From NCBI RefSeq assembly GCF_044704955.1, contig NC_091977.1, positions 92,070,001 through 92,134,000 of the forward strand: a DNA stretch of 64,000 bases, read 5' to 3'. The translations under genes were made by a program, and so were the position numbers. Shown here piece by piece: positions 36,166 through 47,900 of this stretch; the first letter of the stretch is position 1, and every line of letters starts with the position of its first letter. Source of the stretch: Pristiophorus japonicus (lineage: Eukaryota). Below the pieces are notes generated by a model. That model had not been told where the DNA came from and made no database searches. It saw only the letters and a program-made list of their open reading frames with translations.

Positions 36166-36594
36166 CATAGCCAAATAGCCCCAAATTCTCTCGGCTTAAA
36201 GGGATAGCCACTTGGGTGAGATGCTGGAGTGCTGCTGTGGATCAAAGCTCCAAGGAGAAGCAGTACTTCCAGAGAAGAAAATAGGCTGCCACCCCTTTTC
36301 AATCTCACTTTCAGGTGATATAACAGTCTGCGGAGATATTCTTCACCTTCCCAGCAACTTTTGCTCCCCATTAAATCCAACCAGAGATTTTTCAATTCGA
36401 CTGATGAGGAGCAACCTCAGCATTTGTTCCATCAACATCATGAATTGAACTTCCATCAAGCTCCTGGGCCAACTTCAGTTACTGGAGCAGTTTGCATGGA
36501 GAGGAAACAACATTTGCAGAAGCTGATACAAACATTTTGAACTTGGGACGTTAGCCTTTAGAAAGAAAATCTGCATTTATTATCACATTTCATA

Positions 36595-37725
36595 TGGAAT
36601 CCCTGCTGAGGCACTGAAGTATGGTGGAGAGGCACTGTTGGCATGAATACATGACCTCATCTCGCTCATCTAGAGGGAGGAGAGCATGTCGGGGATCTCA
36701 GAAATGCGGTGATGGTGACCATCTTTAAAAAAGGGGACAAGTCCGACTGCGGCAACTACAGAGGAATCTCCCTGTTGTCAGCCACTGGGAAAGTCATCGC
36801 TAGAGTCCTCCTCAACTGTCTTCTCCCTGTGGCTGAGGAGCTCCTCCCGGAGTCACAATGTGGATTTTGTCCCCTACAGGGCACAACAGACCATGATTTT
36901 AACAGCATGACAGCTGCAGGAAAAATGCAGGGAACAGCACCAGCCCTTGTATATGGCCCTATTTGACCTTACAACGGCCTTTGACACTGCCAACCGCGAG
37001 GGTCTCTGGAGCGTCCGCCTCCATTTCGGATGCCCACAAAAGTTCGTCACCATCCTCCGCCTGCTCAATGACAACATGCAGGCCGTGATCCTTACCAACG
37101 GATCCATTACAGACCCAATCCACTTCCAGACCGGGGTCAAACAGGGCTGCGTCATCGCCCCAACCCTCTTCTCAATCTTCCTCGCTGCCATGCTCCACCT
37201 CACAGTCAACAAGCTCCTCACTGGAGTGGAACTAAACTACAGAACCAGTGGGAACCTATTCAAAATTCGTCGTCTCCAGGCCAGGTCCAAGACCATCCCA
37301 ACCTCTGTTGTCGAGCTACAATGCGCAGACGATGCCTGCGTCTGCGCACATACAGAGGCCGAACTCCAAGTCATTGTCAACATATTTACTGAGGCTTACG
37401 AAAGCATGGGCCTTACGCTAAACATCCGTAAGACAAAGGTCCTCCACCAACCTGTCCCCGCCACACCGCACTGTCCACCAGTCATCAAGATCCACGGCGT
37501 GGCCCTGGACAACGTGGACCATTTCCTATACCTCAGGAGCCTCTTATCAACAAGAGCAGACATTGACGACGAGATTCAACACTGCCTCCAGTGCGCCAGT
37601 GCAGCTTTAGGCCACCTGAGGAAAAGAGTGTTTGAAGACCAAGCCCTCAAATCTGCCACCAAGCTCATGGTCTACAGGGCTGTAGTAATACCCGCCCTCC
37701 TGTACGGCTCAGAGACATGGACCAT
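36595..37725 (+). mobile_element. RTE internal fragment (RT domain)
   Basis: ORFs 36709 and 36947: NYRGISLLS, GVKQGCVIAPTLF, CADD, LLYGSETW. Confidence 0.92.
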
Positions 37726-37797
37726 ATGTGTGTGTGTATGGGTTTGTTTGTGGGGCATGAGCAAAGGAGGTAAAGGCTGCAACATTTTTTTCTGCAG

Positions 37798-39046
37798 AAG
37801 AAACAAACTTCCAAGGCAGCAAGCCCCAGTGCCATGGGAGGGGGCCCAGTAGAAGTAATTGAGTTGAGCAGCCTGGAGGAGCCTTGGCATTGGTGGGTGA
37901 CCGCCGCTGTACAACACAAAGGGTGATGCAGATCCCGTGCTGGATCATGGTAGGGTTATAATATTCGCCAGTGTGAGTAAAGCTCATGGCATGGAAGGTC
38001 GTGCAATGTCAAGTCAAATGCGTTTTAACGCATAGTTTGTTGGCCATTATTGGTGTGCCCATGTAAAGATCGAACTCCCTGATGGCACATTGTGAGATGA
38101 GACAGCCCACATCTCAGCTTGACCTACCCACCACCCCCCTTTAGACTGAAATGTTGTCCTCTACTTACAGATGGTGAGTCGGACAGCGCTGATCAATGCA
38201 CACCATCCACTCACATGAGGAGTGTGACCCCAGCGCCTCGCACCCCAACGTTGTCCCCATCCCAAGACATGGACTCCTTCCTCCAATCCCCACCACCCCC
38301 ATGATCACCTATTACCACCACACGCAACTCTGCCACCCAGAGTCATGAAGAAGAAGAGAGAGAGAAGGGAGACGGGCCCGTCTTTGAGATCCTTGAGGTC
38401 GAGGAGGTGGAGGAGGATGACACCAGCCTCCTACCATGTGTGCCTCCTATCCGGAGAACCTCGGCGTCAGGCTCAGAATTCATGGGCTTTGAACCGGAGT
38501 GCAACACCGCCAAGCGCTGCCAGACGCAGAGACCCAACCAAAGTACATCAACTCACACCGACCCAACAAGCTGCTGAGGTTGCAGGACGGCTCACAGCAA
38601 TTCATGAGATGGTCCAGCTATCGAGGACAAGCGTCGACCTAGGTCGCCAGCTGCTGAAGACCATAGCTGGGATAGGTACCAGCACCGAATCCCTCGCTCA
38701 GCACCATTCTGACCGAATGGACCAACTCATTAGTGCGGTGGAGCGCAACACCCAGTCTGCTGAGGCGATGAGGCAGGCAATGGCTTCTGGCCATGTAGTG
38801 CAAGCCCCCAACCCCACACCCTTAAGGCAGACAGATCCAGAGGAGCCAGAGATACTGCTGCCTTCAGTGACACCCCCTACCTTCTCTCCAAGACGTACAC
38901 GTCTGCAGAGATCCGGCTGTCCTCCTGCACAACCTGCTGAAGCAGAGGCGCGGAGAGGCAGGGGTGCAGGATGCCATCCTGAAGGCGGGTCAAAGAAGAG
39001 GAAAATGGGCCTTACATCAAGGGCGGGGGAAGAGAGGTGGTGGTAG
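37798..39046 (+). pseudogene. Exons 2-3 of another Harbinger Myb/SANT gene (about 37798-37949 and 38171-39046)
   Basis: TTTCTGCAG|KKQ..GGGP..LSSLEE exon; CTTACAG acceptor; MVQLSRTSVDLGRQLL resembles MVHLSRRSVDIGHKIL of 30030-30473. Confidence 0.7.
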
Positions 39047-39450
39047 CGAGTAGAGGGGTGGGTGTTAGTGATGGAGTTGTTCGTAAATTATGTAAGGTTA
39101 TGTCACTTTTGTAATTATGCACTTTTAAATACAGTCACAATGTTCACCGTCTGTTGGTCAATGTCTCATTTCCACATGATGTGTGATGCCTTGTGAGAAA
39201 CACAAAGCTGTCCCTCAGGTGATCTGCTGTATTACCTCCACACCACTCATCGACGCGACAACCAGACTAGCAGTGATGACCAAGCCTCTTTCAGCGGCGA
39301 CCTGGACCTCTTCCCCCTGCCTTCGGTGACCTCCTTCGGCGACCTCCTCCTGCGACGCTGACATCAATTCAGCTACCCCACCTGATCCTCGATCCTCGAC
39401 GATGCCCGGCGATCCAGGTGAGCCTCCGACCAGGCAATCGGGCCTCTACC

Positions 39451-39920
39451 CCTCCAGCAGCGACCGGGCACACCAACGGCGACTGGGCCCTCTCCAGTGG
39501 CGACCGGGTCCCCTCCAGTGGCGACCGGGTCCCCTCCAACGGCGACCAGGCCCCCTCCAGTGGCAACCGGGCCTCCTCCAGTGCGACCGGGTCCCCTCCA
39601 ACGGCGACCGGGTCCCCTCCAGTGGCAACCGGGCCTCCTCCAGCGGCGATCGGGCCCCCTCCAACGGCGACCGGGCACCCACCAACGGCGACTGGGCCCC
39701 CTCCAACGGCGACCGGGCCCACTCCAGCGATGATTGGGCCCCCTCCAACGGCGACCAGGCCTCCACCAACGGCAACTGGGCCCCCTCCAACGGCGACCGG
39801 GCCCCCTCCAACGGCGACCGGACCCCCTCCAACGGCGACCGGGTCCCCTCCAGCGGCAACCGGGCCCCCTCCAGCGGTGATCGGGCCCCCTCCAGTGGTG
39901 GCAGCTGGGCCTCTCCTCCA
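39451..39920. repeat. 21-bp GC-rich minisatellite, about 22 copies, consensus CCTCCAACGGCGACCGGGCCC
   Basis: Tandem periodicity read directly from the sequence; long ORFs in all six frames. Confidence 0.95.
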
Positions 39921-40056
39921 CAATGGCGTTTGGGCCTCCTCCCCTACGGCAACGGCGGCTGGGCCTCCCCTCCTCAACGGATCTCCTCCTCTTCTATGAT
40001 GGCGGTTGGCCTCTCCTCCTCCTTCAGTGATGACTGGGCCTCTCCTTCCCCACTGG

Positions 40057-41572
40057 TCCAAACATGGACACAAGAGCTGACATCCACAGATGAGGTGAGA
40101 ATGATTGCCTTTGACATCGGCAGCATTTGACAGAGGAGCCCCAGTAAAACTGAAATAAAGAGGGGTCACGGGGCAAACCCTCCAGTGGCTGGAGTAATAC
40201 CTACCACAACAACAACAACTTGCATTTATATAGCACCTTTAAATTCATAAAACATCCCAAGGTGCTTCACAGGAGCATTTTCAAACAAAATTTGACAAAA
40301 TTAGGACAGATGACCAAAAGCTTGGTCAAAGAGGTAGGTTTTAAGGAGCATCTTAATGGAGGAGAGAGATGCAGTGAGGTTTAGGGAGGGAATTCCAGAA
40401 GTTAGGGCCTAGGCATCTGAAGGCATGACAGCCAAGATGGAGCAATGAAAATCGGGGATGCGCAAGAGGCCAGAATTGGAGGAGGGCAGAGCGTTGTAAG
40501 GCTGGAGGAGGTTATAGAGGTAGGGAGGGGCGAAGCCATGCCGGGATTTGAAAGCAAGCTTGAGAATTTTAAAATTGAGGGATTGCCGGAAGCACAAAGA
40601 AAGATGGTTGTGATTGTTGGAGGCAAATCATTTCAGCCTCAGGACATCACTGCAGGAGTTCCTCAGGGAAGTGTCTTAGGCCCAATTATCTTCAGCTGCT
40701 TCATCAATGACCTTCTCTCTGTCATAAGCTTAGAAGTGGGCTGTTCACTGATGATTGCACAGTATTCCATTTCATTTGCCATTCCTCAGATAATGAAGCA
40801 GTCCGTGCCCGCATGCAGCAAGACCTGGTCAACATCCAGACTTGGGCTGATAAGTAGAACATAACATTCACGCCACACAACTGCCAGGCAATGACCATCT
40901 CCAAGCGAGAGTTCAACCACCTGTCTTTGGTTTTCAATGGTATCACCATCGCTGCATCCTCCACCATCAACATCCTGGGTGTTGCAAACTGAACCAGTCA
41001 CATAAATGCCATGGCTACTAGAGCAGGTCAGAGGCTGGGTTTCCTGTGACACATCACCTGACTCCCCAAAGCATCTCCGCCACTTACAAGCCATAAGTCA
41101 GGAGTTTTGTGGAATACTTTTCAACTTGCCTGGATGCATGCAGTTGTAATGACACTCAAGATACTCAACACCATCCAGGACAAAATAGTCTGCTTGTTCA
41201 GCATCCCATCCACTAGCCTAAACATCCATTCCCTCCACTACCGGTGTTCCATACCTGCAGTGCGTATTATGTACAGGATGCATTGCAACAACTCTCCAAG
41301 ACCATCTTCACCAGCACCTCCCAAATCCGCCACATCCACCACCCAGGCCAAGGGCAGGATGTGCAAAGGAACACAATCACCTCCAAGTCATACTCGATAC
41401 TTCATCGTCGTTGGGTCAAAATCCTGGGACACTCTAACAACACTGTGGGAGTACCTTCACCATACTAACTGCAGCGGTTCAAGAAGGCGGCTCACCATCA
41501 CCTTCTCAAGGGCAATCAGGGAGTGGACAATAAATGCTGGCCTTGCCAGTGACGCCCACATCCTAAGAATTA
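40057..41572 (+). mobile_element. Degraded LINE of a distinct CR1-group family, interrupted by L2
   Basis: QTWTQEL..EVRMIAFD, RKMVVIVGG..AGVPQGSVLGPIIFSCFINDL; 3' end AATAAATGCTGGCCTTGCCAG. Confidence 0.8.
40210..40590 (-). mobile_element. L2 3' fragment
   Basis: (CAA)n tail followed by CTTGCATTTATATAGCACC; FKILKLAFKS.HGFAPPYL; CACAA on both flanks. Confidence 0.8.
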
Positions 41573-41691
41573 ATTTTGTTTTTATTTTGTTGTCTGTTCA
41601 AGAGATAAGTCACAAATTGCTGACAGCTGCCTCCAAATCCATTTTGTCAAAGGGCATGCTCACTTTCAGTGTTGTTGCCTATAGAAACATA

Positions 41692-43310
41692 GGCCCCAAG
41701 TTTCCACATGATTTGCTCCTGATTTTTAGGAGCAACTGGTGTAGAACGGAGTACCTTAGAAATCGGAATTCTCGTCATTTAGTTTGCTCCAGTTCTAGTC
41801 GGTTAGAACAATTTCACTTTGGAACAGAATTTTTTTTCAAAAGGGGGCATGTCCGGCCACTTACACCTGATTTCAAAGTTTCGTGAGTGAAAACTTACTC
41901 CAAACTAACTTAGAATGGAGTAAGTGAAGATTTTTGTACGCTCAAAAAAACCTTGTCTACACTTTAGAAAATCAGGCGTAGGTTACAAATTAGGTGTAGG
42001 GAATGGTGGGGGGGGTGTTTAAATGGAAGTTTACAAACATTAAACACTTCAGTTTTACAAATAAAGAGACATCATCAATAATAAATGATAAATACATCAA
42101 TAAATCAACCAATAAATCAATCCAAAAAAATTAATAAGAAATAATTTATTTTTTAAATCAATAAATAAAAAATTTTCTACTTACCGACTGCAGCACTGGA
42201 AGCCCTCCAACAGTGTGCTGGGATGCCCCCCTCAGTGTGTCTCTGTCAGTGTCTCTATCTCTCTGTCTGTCTGTGTGTCTCTCATTCTCTGTCTGTCAGT
42301 GTCTGTGTTTCTGACAGCGAGGGGAGGGGGAGGAGGGGGGTAGAGGGAGAGAGGGGGGGAGCAGAAGGAGGGAAGGGGGAGAAGGGGGAGGGAAGGGGAG
42401 GGATGGGGGAGAAGGGGGAGGGATGGGGGAGAAGGGGGAGGGGGGGAGAAGGGGAGAAGGGGATAAAGGGGAGAAGGGGGAGAAGGAGATGGGGGGAAAG
42501 GAGATAGGGGGGAAGGAGATGGGGGAAGGAGATTTGGGGGGGGGAGGAGATTGGGGGGAAGGAGATTGGGGGGGGAAGGAGATGGGGGGAAGGAGATGGG
42601 GGGGAAGGAGATTGGGTGGGGGGAAGGAGATTGGGGGGGAAGGAGATTGGGGGGGAAGGAGATTGGGGGGGGAAGGAGATTGGCGGGGGGGAAGGAGATT
42701 GGGGGGGAAGGAGAAGGGGGAGGGAGGCTGAACGGGCCGGGCCCGAGACTTCGGGCAGGGCCCGTCCCCAGCACCAGATTTACAGGTAGGTGACGTTGGG
42801 TCGGGTCGGGGGGGTGGTGGGAGGGAGGTCGGTTCGGTTCGGGGGGAGGGAGGGAGAGGGAGGTCAGGTCGGGGGGAGGGAGGTCAGGTCGGATCCAGTG
42901 CAGGGGCGGGGGGGGGGGCGGGGAGCGGGTGTCGGGTCCGGTCCGGGGGCGGGGGCGGGAAGAAGCAGGAGCTGGCCATGGGAGGAGCCTTATTCACGCA
43001 GCCCCAGTGAGGCCATTCGGCCAGGGCTAGGGGCTGCGTGCTTCAGGCCCCTCCCACACAGTTTCGGGCGCCTGGAGCTACTGCACTTGCGCGCCCACTG
43101 TAGCGCGCATGTGCAGAGGTCCCGGCACTGTTTTCAGCGCAGGGACCTGGCTCCGCCCCCCTACAGCTCGTAATGCGCTGCGCCGAGGGCCAGAGGACCT
43201 GCAGGGAGGTGGAGAATACCGAGGGTTTTTTTAGGCGCACTTTGTGGCACGAAAAATGGGCGTCCAGGTCGGGACTGCGCCGTTCTAGGCGCGGCTCGAA
43301 ACTTGGGCCC
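41692..43310. mobile_element. Harbinger MITE (M2) with internal G-rich tract
   Basis: TIRs GGCCCCAAGTTTC / GAAACTTGGGCCC; ATA TSD at 41689-91 and 43311-13; left about 530 bp homologous to M1. Confidence 0.9.
42320..42728 (+). repeat. Polypurine G-run repeat, approximately (GGGGGGAAGGAGATT)n
   Basis: Dozens of G4-G10 runs and almost no C on the + strand. Confidence 0.9.
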
Positions 43311-44912
43311 ATAGAAACATAGAAACATAGAAATTTACAGCGCAGAAGGAGGCCATTTCGGCCCATCGTGTCCGCGCCAGCCGAAAAGAGCCGCACAGCC
43401 CTTGGTCAGCAGTTCTAAAGACTACATATAAACTTATGAACAATGATGGAAAGGCAAAGAGCACCCAGCCCAAACCAATCCACCTCACACAACTGCGACA
43501 CCCCTTATACTGAAACATTCTACACTCCACCCCAACCAGAGCCACGTGATCTCCTTGGAGAGGCAAAAACCAGATAAAAACCCAGGCCAATTTAGGGAGA
43601 AAAAATCTGGGAAAATTCCTCTCCGACCCATCCAGGCGATTGAAACTAGTCCAGGAGATCAACCTGACCGTATTCTATTCCCTGCAGTACTTACCATTAT
43701 ATCTGCGCCATCCAACAAAAGATCATCCAGTCTAATCCTATTACCAGCTCTAAGTCCGTAACCCTGCAGGTTACTGCACTTTAAGTGCCCATCCAACCAT
43801 TTCTTAAAGTGGTGAAGGTTTCTGCATCCATCACTCGTCCAGGCAGTGAATTCCAGATCCCTACAACCCTCTGCCTAAAGAAGCCCCCCCGTCAAATCCC
43901 CTCTAAACCTTCCACCAACCACCTTAAAACTATGCCCCCTCATAATAGACCCCTCCACCAATGGAAATAGGCCCTTACTATTCACTATGTCCAGGCCCCT
44001 CAATATTTTGTACACCTCAATAAGGTCTTCTCTCAACTTCCTCTGTTCCAATGAGAACAAACCCAGCCTATCCAATCTGTCCTCATAACTAAGATTCTCC
44101 ATTCCAGGCAGCATCCTCGTAAATCTTCTCTGCACCCTCTCTAGTGCAATCACGTCCTTCCTATAATATGGCGACCAGAACTGCACGCAGTACTCCAGCT
44201 GTGGTCTAACCAAAGTATAACCTCCCTGCTCTTATATTCTATGCCTCGGCCAATAAAGGCAAGCATTCCGTATGCCTTCTTAACCACCTTATCCACCTGG
44301 CCTGCTACTTTCAGGGATCTATGGACAAGCACTCCAAGGTACCTTTGTTCATCTACACTATTAAGTAGCCTACTGCTTAATGTGTATACCCTTTCCTTAT
44401 TAGCCCTCCCAAAGTGCATCACCTCACACTTCACTGAATTAAATTCCATTTGCCACTGTTCTGCCCACCTGACCAGTAGATTGATATCCTCCTACAGTCC
44501 ATGACTTTCCTCTTCATTATCAACCACACAGCCAATTTCAGTGCCGTCTGCAAACTTCTTAATCATATTCCCTATATTCAAATCTAAATTGTTGATATAT
44601 ATCACAAAAAGCAAGGGTTCCAGTACTGATTCCTGAACCTCACTGGAAACATCCTTCCTGTTATGTTCAGAATAACTCCACAAGACTGTGCGCTGTAAGC
44701 TCAAACTACTGTGACCTTGGTCTCTTTAATGTAACTCCAGAGTAAGGAAGCAGCATAGTAGACTGCCTTTTATACCTGCTTGCCTGGGGTATGTAGGTGA
44801 CCCTTGAGTCTACAACAGATGCACCCCCTGGTGGCAATTCTTACACACTAGTAAAGTTTACATACATAACATCACTCCCCGCCCCACCCCCCCCAAAGTC
44901 TTAGATACAAAT

Positions 44913-46612
44913 TATTTACAAGTTGAGGCGATCTGGGGCTCTACATTCCCGGGTTGATCGCCTGAGCTGAAGTCCTGGCATGGGTGAGTTGGTCGGATCA
45001 TTGCTGCACTGCAGCGCGGCTGGTCTGATCGGACTGTCGGGCATGGTGGATTCATCCTCATGGTTAACAGTGAGGTAGGTTGCTGGTTGGGTGTGGGGTG
45101 GTGGATCAATGATGTAATGTCCTCTTCAAACTGTTCCTGGTTGACGGTGAATCGCAGTTTGGTCTGATCCAAATGCTTTCTGCACTTTTGTCCATATCAA
45201 ATGTTTGACAACAAACACTCTATTCCCCTCCTTGGCTAAAACAGTGCCAGGAATCCATCTGAGACATGACCTTAATTAAGAACAAATACAGGGTCATTAA
45301 CCTCAATGTCATGCGATACAGCAGCGTGATGGTGTTACATGTTATGCCGGTGACGCCGGGTTTCTACATGATCATTGAGATCCAGGTGGACTAAAGAGAA
45401 CTTTGTTTTGAGTGCTGTCTTCATTAACAATTCTGCAGGGGGAACACCAGTAAGCGAGTGGGGTCGCGTCCAGTAGTTGAGCAGAACCCGAGATAACCGG
45501 GTCTGCAGGGAACTGTCCATCACGCGTTTCAAGCTCTGCTTGATAGTTTGGACTGCCCGTTCCGCTTGACCATTGGATGCGAGCTTAAACGGGGCAGACC
45601 TGACATGCTTGATGCCATTGCGGGTCATGAACTCATTGAATTCCGAGCTGGTGAAACATGGCCCATTGTCACTAACAAGGACGTCGGGCAAACCATGGGT
45701 GGCGAACATGGCCAGGAGGCTTTCAATGGTGGCAGTGGACGTTCATGATGACATTATTATACATTCAATCCATTTAGAGTAAGCATCCACTGCTACAAGG
45801 AACATTTTTCCTAGAAAGGGGCCAGCGAAATCTACGTGGACCCTGGACGTCGGTTTGGAGGGCCATGACCACAGACTCAGTGCGGCCTCCCTTGGTGCAT
45901 TGCTCAACTGTTACATTGGTGTACGCATGACTCTATTCCAAATCAATGCCGGGCCACCAAACGTGCAATCTGGAGATAGCCTTCATCATGACTATGCCCG
46001 GGTGGATACTGTGTAGGTCGCGTATAAACGTTTCCCTGCTTTTTTGGGGGAAAACCACGCCATTCCCCCATAGGAGACAATCCGAATGAATGAACATTTC
46101 ATCCTTGCGTCGGTAAAACGGCTTAATTTCGTCTTGCATTTCCCCGGGAATAGCCGACCAGCTCCCATTAAGGACACAGTTTTTTATTAGTGATAGCACA
46201 GGGCCATGACGGGTGACCCCCTCGCTCTCAAAAACATCCATTACAAAAAGCAAGTCTGCGTGTTGCGCCATTTCCACCCCAGTGTTGGGCAATGGTGGCC
46301 GACTGAGGGCATTAGCACAGTTCTCAGTGCCTGGTCTGTGGCGGATTACATAGTCATATGCAGATAATGTTAGTGCCCATCTTTGGATGCGGGACGAAGC
46401 ATTTGGTGTTCATACCTTTGCTTTCTGAGAACAGCGAAATGAGCGGTTTGTGTTCGGTTTCAAGCTCGAACCGGAGTCCAAATAGGTATTGGTGCTTGGT
46501 GCATTTTCTTAAACCCGTATACGCATGCTAATGCTTCTTTCTCAACCATACTGTAGGCTCTTTCAGCTGTAGATAAACTTCTGGACGCATATGCAACCGG
46601 TTGCAGTTTGTC
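44913..46612 (-). pseudogene. Gypsy RNase H C-terminus and integrase, disrupted
   Basis: YSMVEKEALAC, LHSIHPGIV..WWPGID, GLPDVLVSDNG. Confidence 0.85.
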
Positions 46613-46614
46613 TG

Positions 46615-47655
46615 AATCGGGCTCAGTTTGGGCCTTTGTGCCTTGTTGCCCCACAGTTTCTCAAAAGCCTTCTGGCTCATAATTGACTGACTCGCTCCCG
46701 TGTCTAACTCCATTGATACCAGAATACCGTTCAATTTGACTTTCAGCATGATAGGAGGGCTCTTGGTGGTGAAGGTGTGCACCCCATACACTTCTTCCAT
46801 GGATTGAGTTGCCTCTCTTGTTTGTTCTGCATGATCCGCACTGGATCGATCATCCTCTACCGACTCTGCCACATGGTGAGTTGTAGCACTCTTGCACATT
46901 CGCTGGAGGTGCCCTATTGTTTCGCAGCCTTTGCACACGTAGTGCTTGAATCGACATTGATGGGCTCGATGATTACCGCCGCAGCGCCAACATGGTGCTA
47001 ATGGATTTGCATTCACGCCCGATGGCGGACTCTGGGTCATCCTAGGTCTTACAGCTGTAGACATGTAGCCCCTGCCAGTTGCAGTTCTGCCTGCTAGCGA
47101 CTTTATTTTATGCACAGTACTTGCCAGTGAGCTTCGATGCTGGGAAGATATCTGTCTGTTATTATCGCTCATGGATGTGAATGCCTGGGCTATCGTGATG
47201 ATCTTGCTCAGGTTTCGGGATTCGGCGGACAGCAGCTTGCGAAGAATGATCTCGTGGCCGATGCCAAGCACAAAAAAGTCCCGCAGCATTTCCCCAAAAA
47301 TCCAGCAAATTCGCAAGTTCCCGCAAGGCATCTCAGGTCGGCGACATAACTGGCCCTCGGAATGGTGGTGCATATAGATGCGATACCTGGCCATTAAGAC
47401 ATTTTCCTTCAGCTTGAGGTAGTTTCGAACCAGCGTACACAACTCTGTATATGTCTCTGTATATCTCTGGTGCTAGCAGATTCTTGATGCGGCCATATAT
47501 TGTGGACCACACATGGTGAGGAGAATCGCCCTGCACTTGATTGCTTTATCATCCCCATCCAGCTCGTTGGCCACGAAGTACTGGTCGAGATGCTCAACGG
47601 AGGCTTTCCAATCATCACCCTCTACAAATCTCGCTAAAATACCAATGGCAGCCAT
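46615..47655 (-). pseudogene. Gypsy gag-protease, disrupted
   Basis: MAAIG..DQYFVANEL; CWRCGGNHRAHQC..CKGCETIGHLQRMC; MELDTGASQS. Confidence 0.85.
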
Positions 47656-47900
47656 GACCGCGTGAAAGTTCATAATCTGTTACTCGTTGCCAATTGTTAA
47701 GTGTGGAAGAACTCCACAAGACTGAGTACTGTGAGCTAAAACTGATGTGACCTTAGTGTCTTTAAAACAACTCCAGAGTGCTAAGCAGCATGGCAGACAA
47801 CCTTTTATACTCCCTTGCACAAGGTGTGCACGTGACCCTTGGGCCTCCAAAGTTGCGCCCTCTGGTGTCTTACGCAGTTACAATGTGTACATACATAACA

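Larger units (their letters stand above)
32930..36280 (+). mobile_element. Deu-type SINE split by three later insertions (pieces about 32930-33038, 35361-35426, 36020-36057, 36166-36280)
   Basis: Pieces GAGTTAGCTAATC..TTAGCCTC / CTCCTGATCACTGTCCAATGCCCCTTGCTGGA / GGATCAGGCTCGGCTG / AATAGCC..GCCACTTGGGTGAG follow the order of the shark Deu-SINE consensus as recalled, not aligned. Confidence 0.55.
41681..44655 (-). mobile_element. CR1 with long 3' UTR; tail interrupted by MITE M2 and 5' side truncated at the Gypsy LTR
   Basis: ORFs 43875-44704; (CATAGAAA)n tail split at 41681-91 and 43311-30. Confidence 0.88.
44659..47900 (-). mobile_element. Gypsy (Mag-like) LTR retrotransposon lacking RT; LTRs 44659-44871 and 47695-47900
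   Basis: TGTTA...TAACA LTRs; PBS TGGCAACGAG; polypurine tract at about 44872-95; gag with two zinc knuckles, protease MELDTGAS, RNase H PVAYASRSL, integrase LVSDNGPCF..SNGQAER. Confidence 0.92.

Noticed and set aside
36401-36425. Hammerhead ribozyme core (CTGATGAG plus short stem)
   Set aside because: No GAAA after the putative stem II and no stems I/III
36290-36540. Possible host exon after CTCACTTTCAG
   Set aside because: Several short frames on both strands, no donor and no recognisable protein
39451-39920. CRISPR array, or a collagen/mucin gene
   Set aside because: Units are contiguous with no unique spacers, there are no cas genes and the context is eukaryotic; the ORFs follow from a stop-free 21-bp unit
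42223-43173. Gly-rich and Pro-rich ORFs
   Set aside because: Translations of the G-run tract inside a MITE
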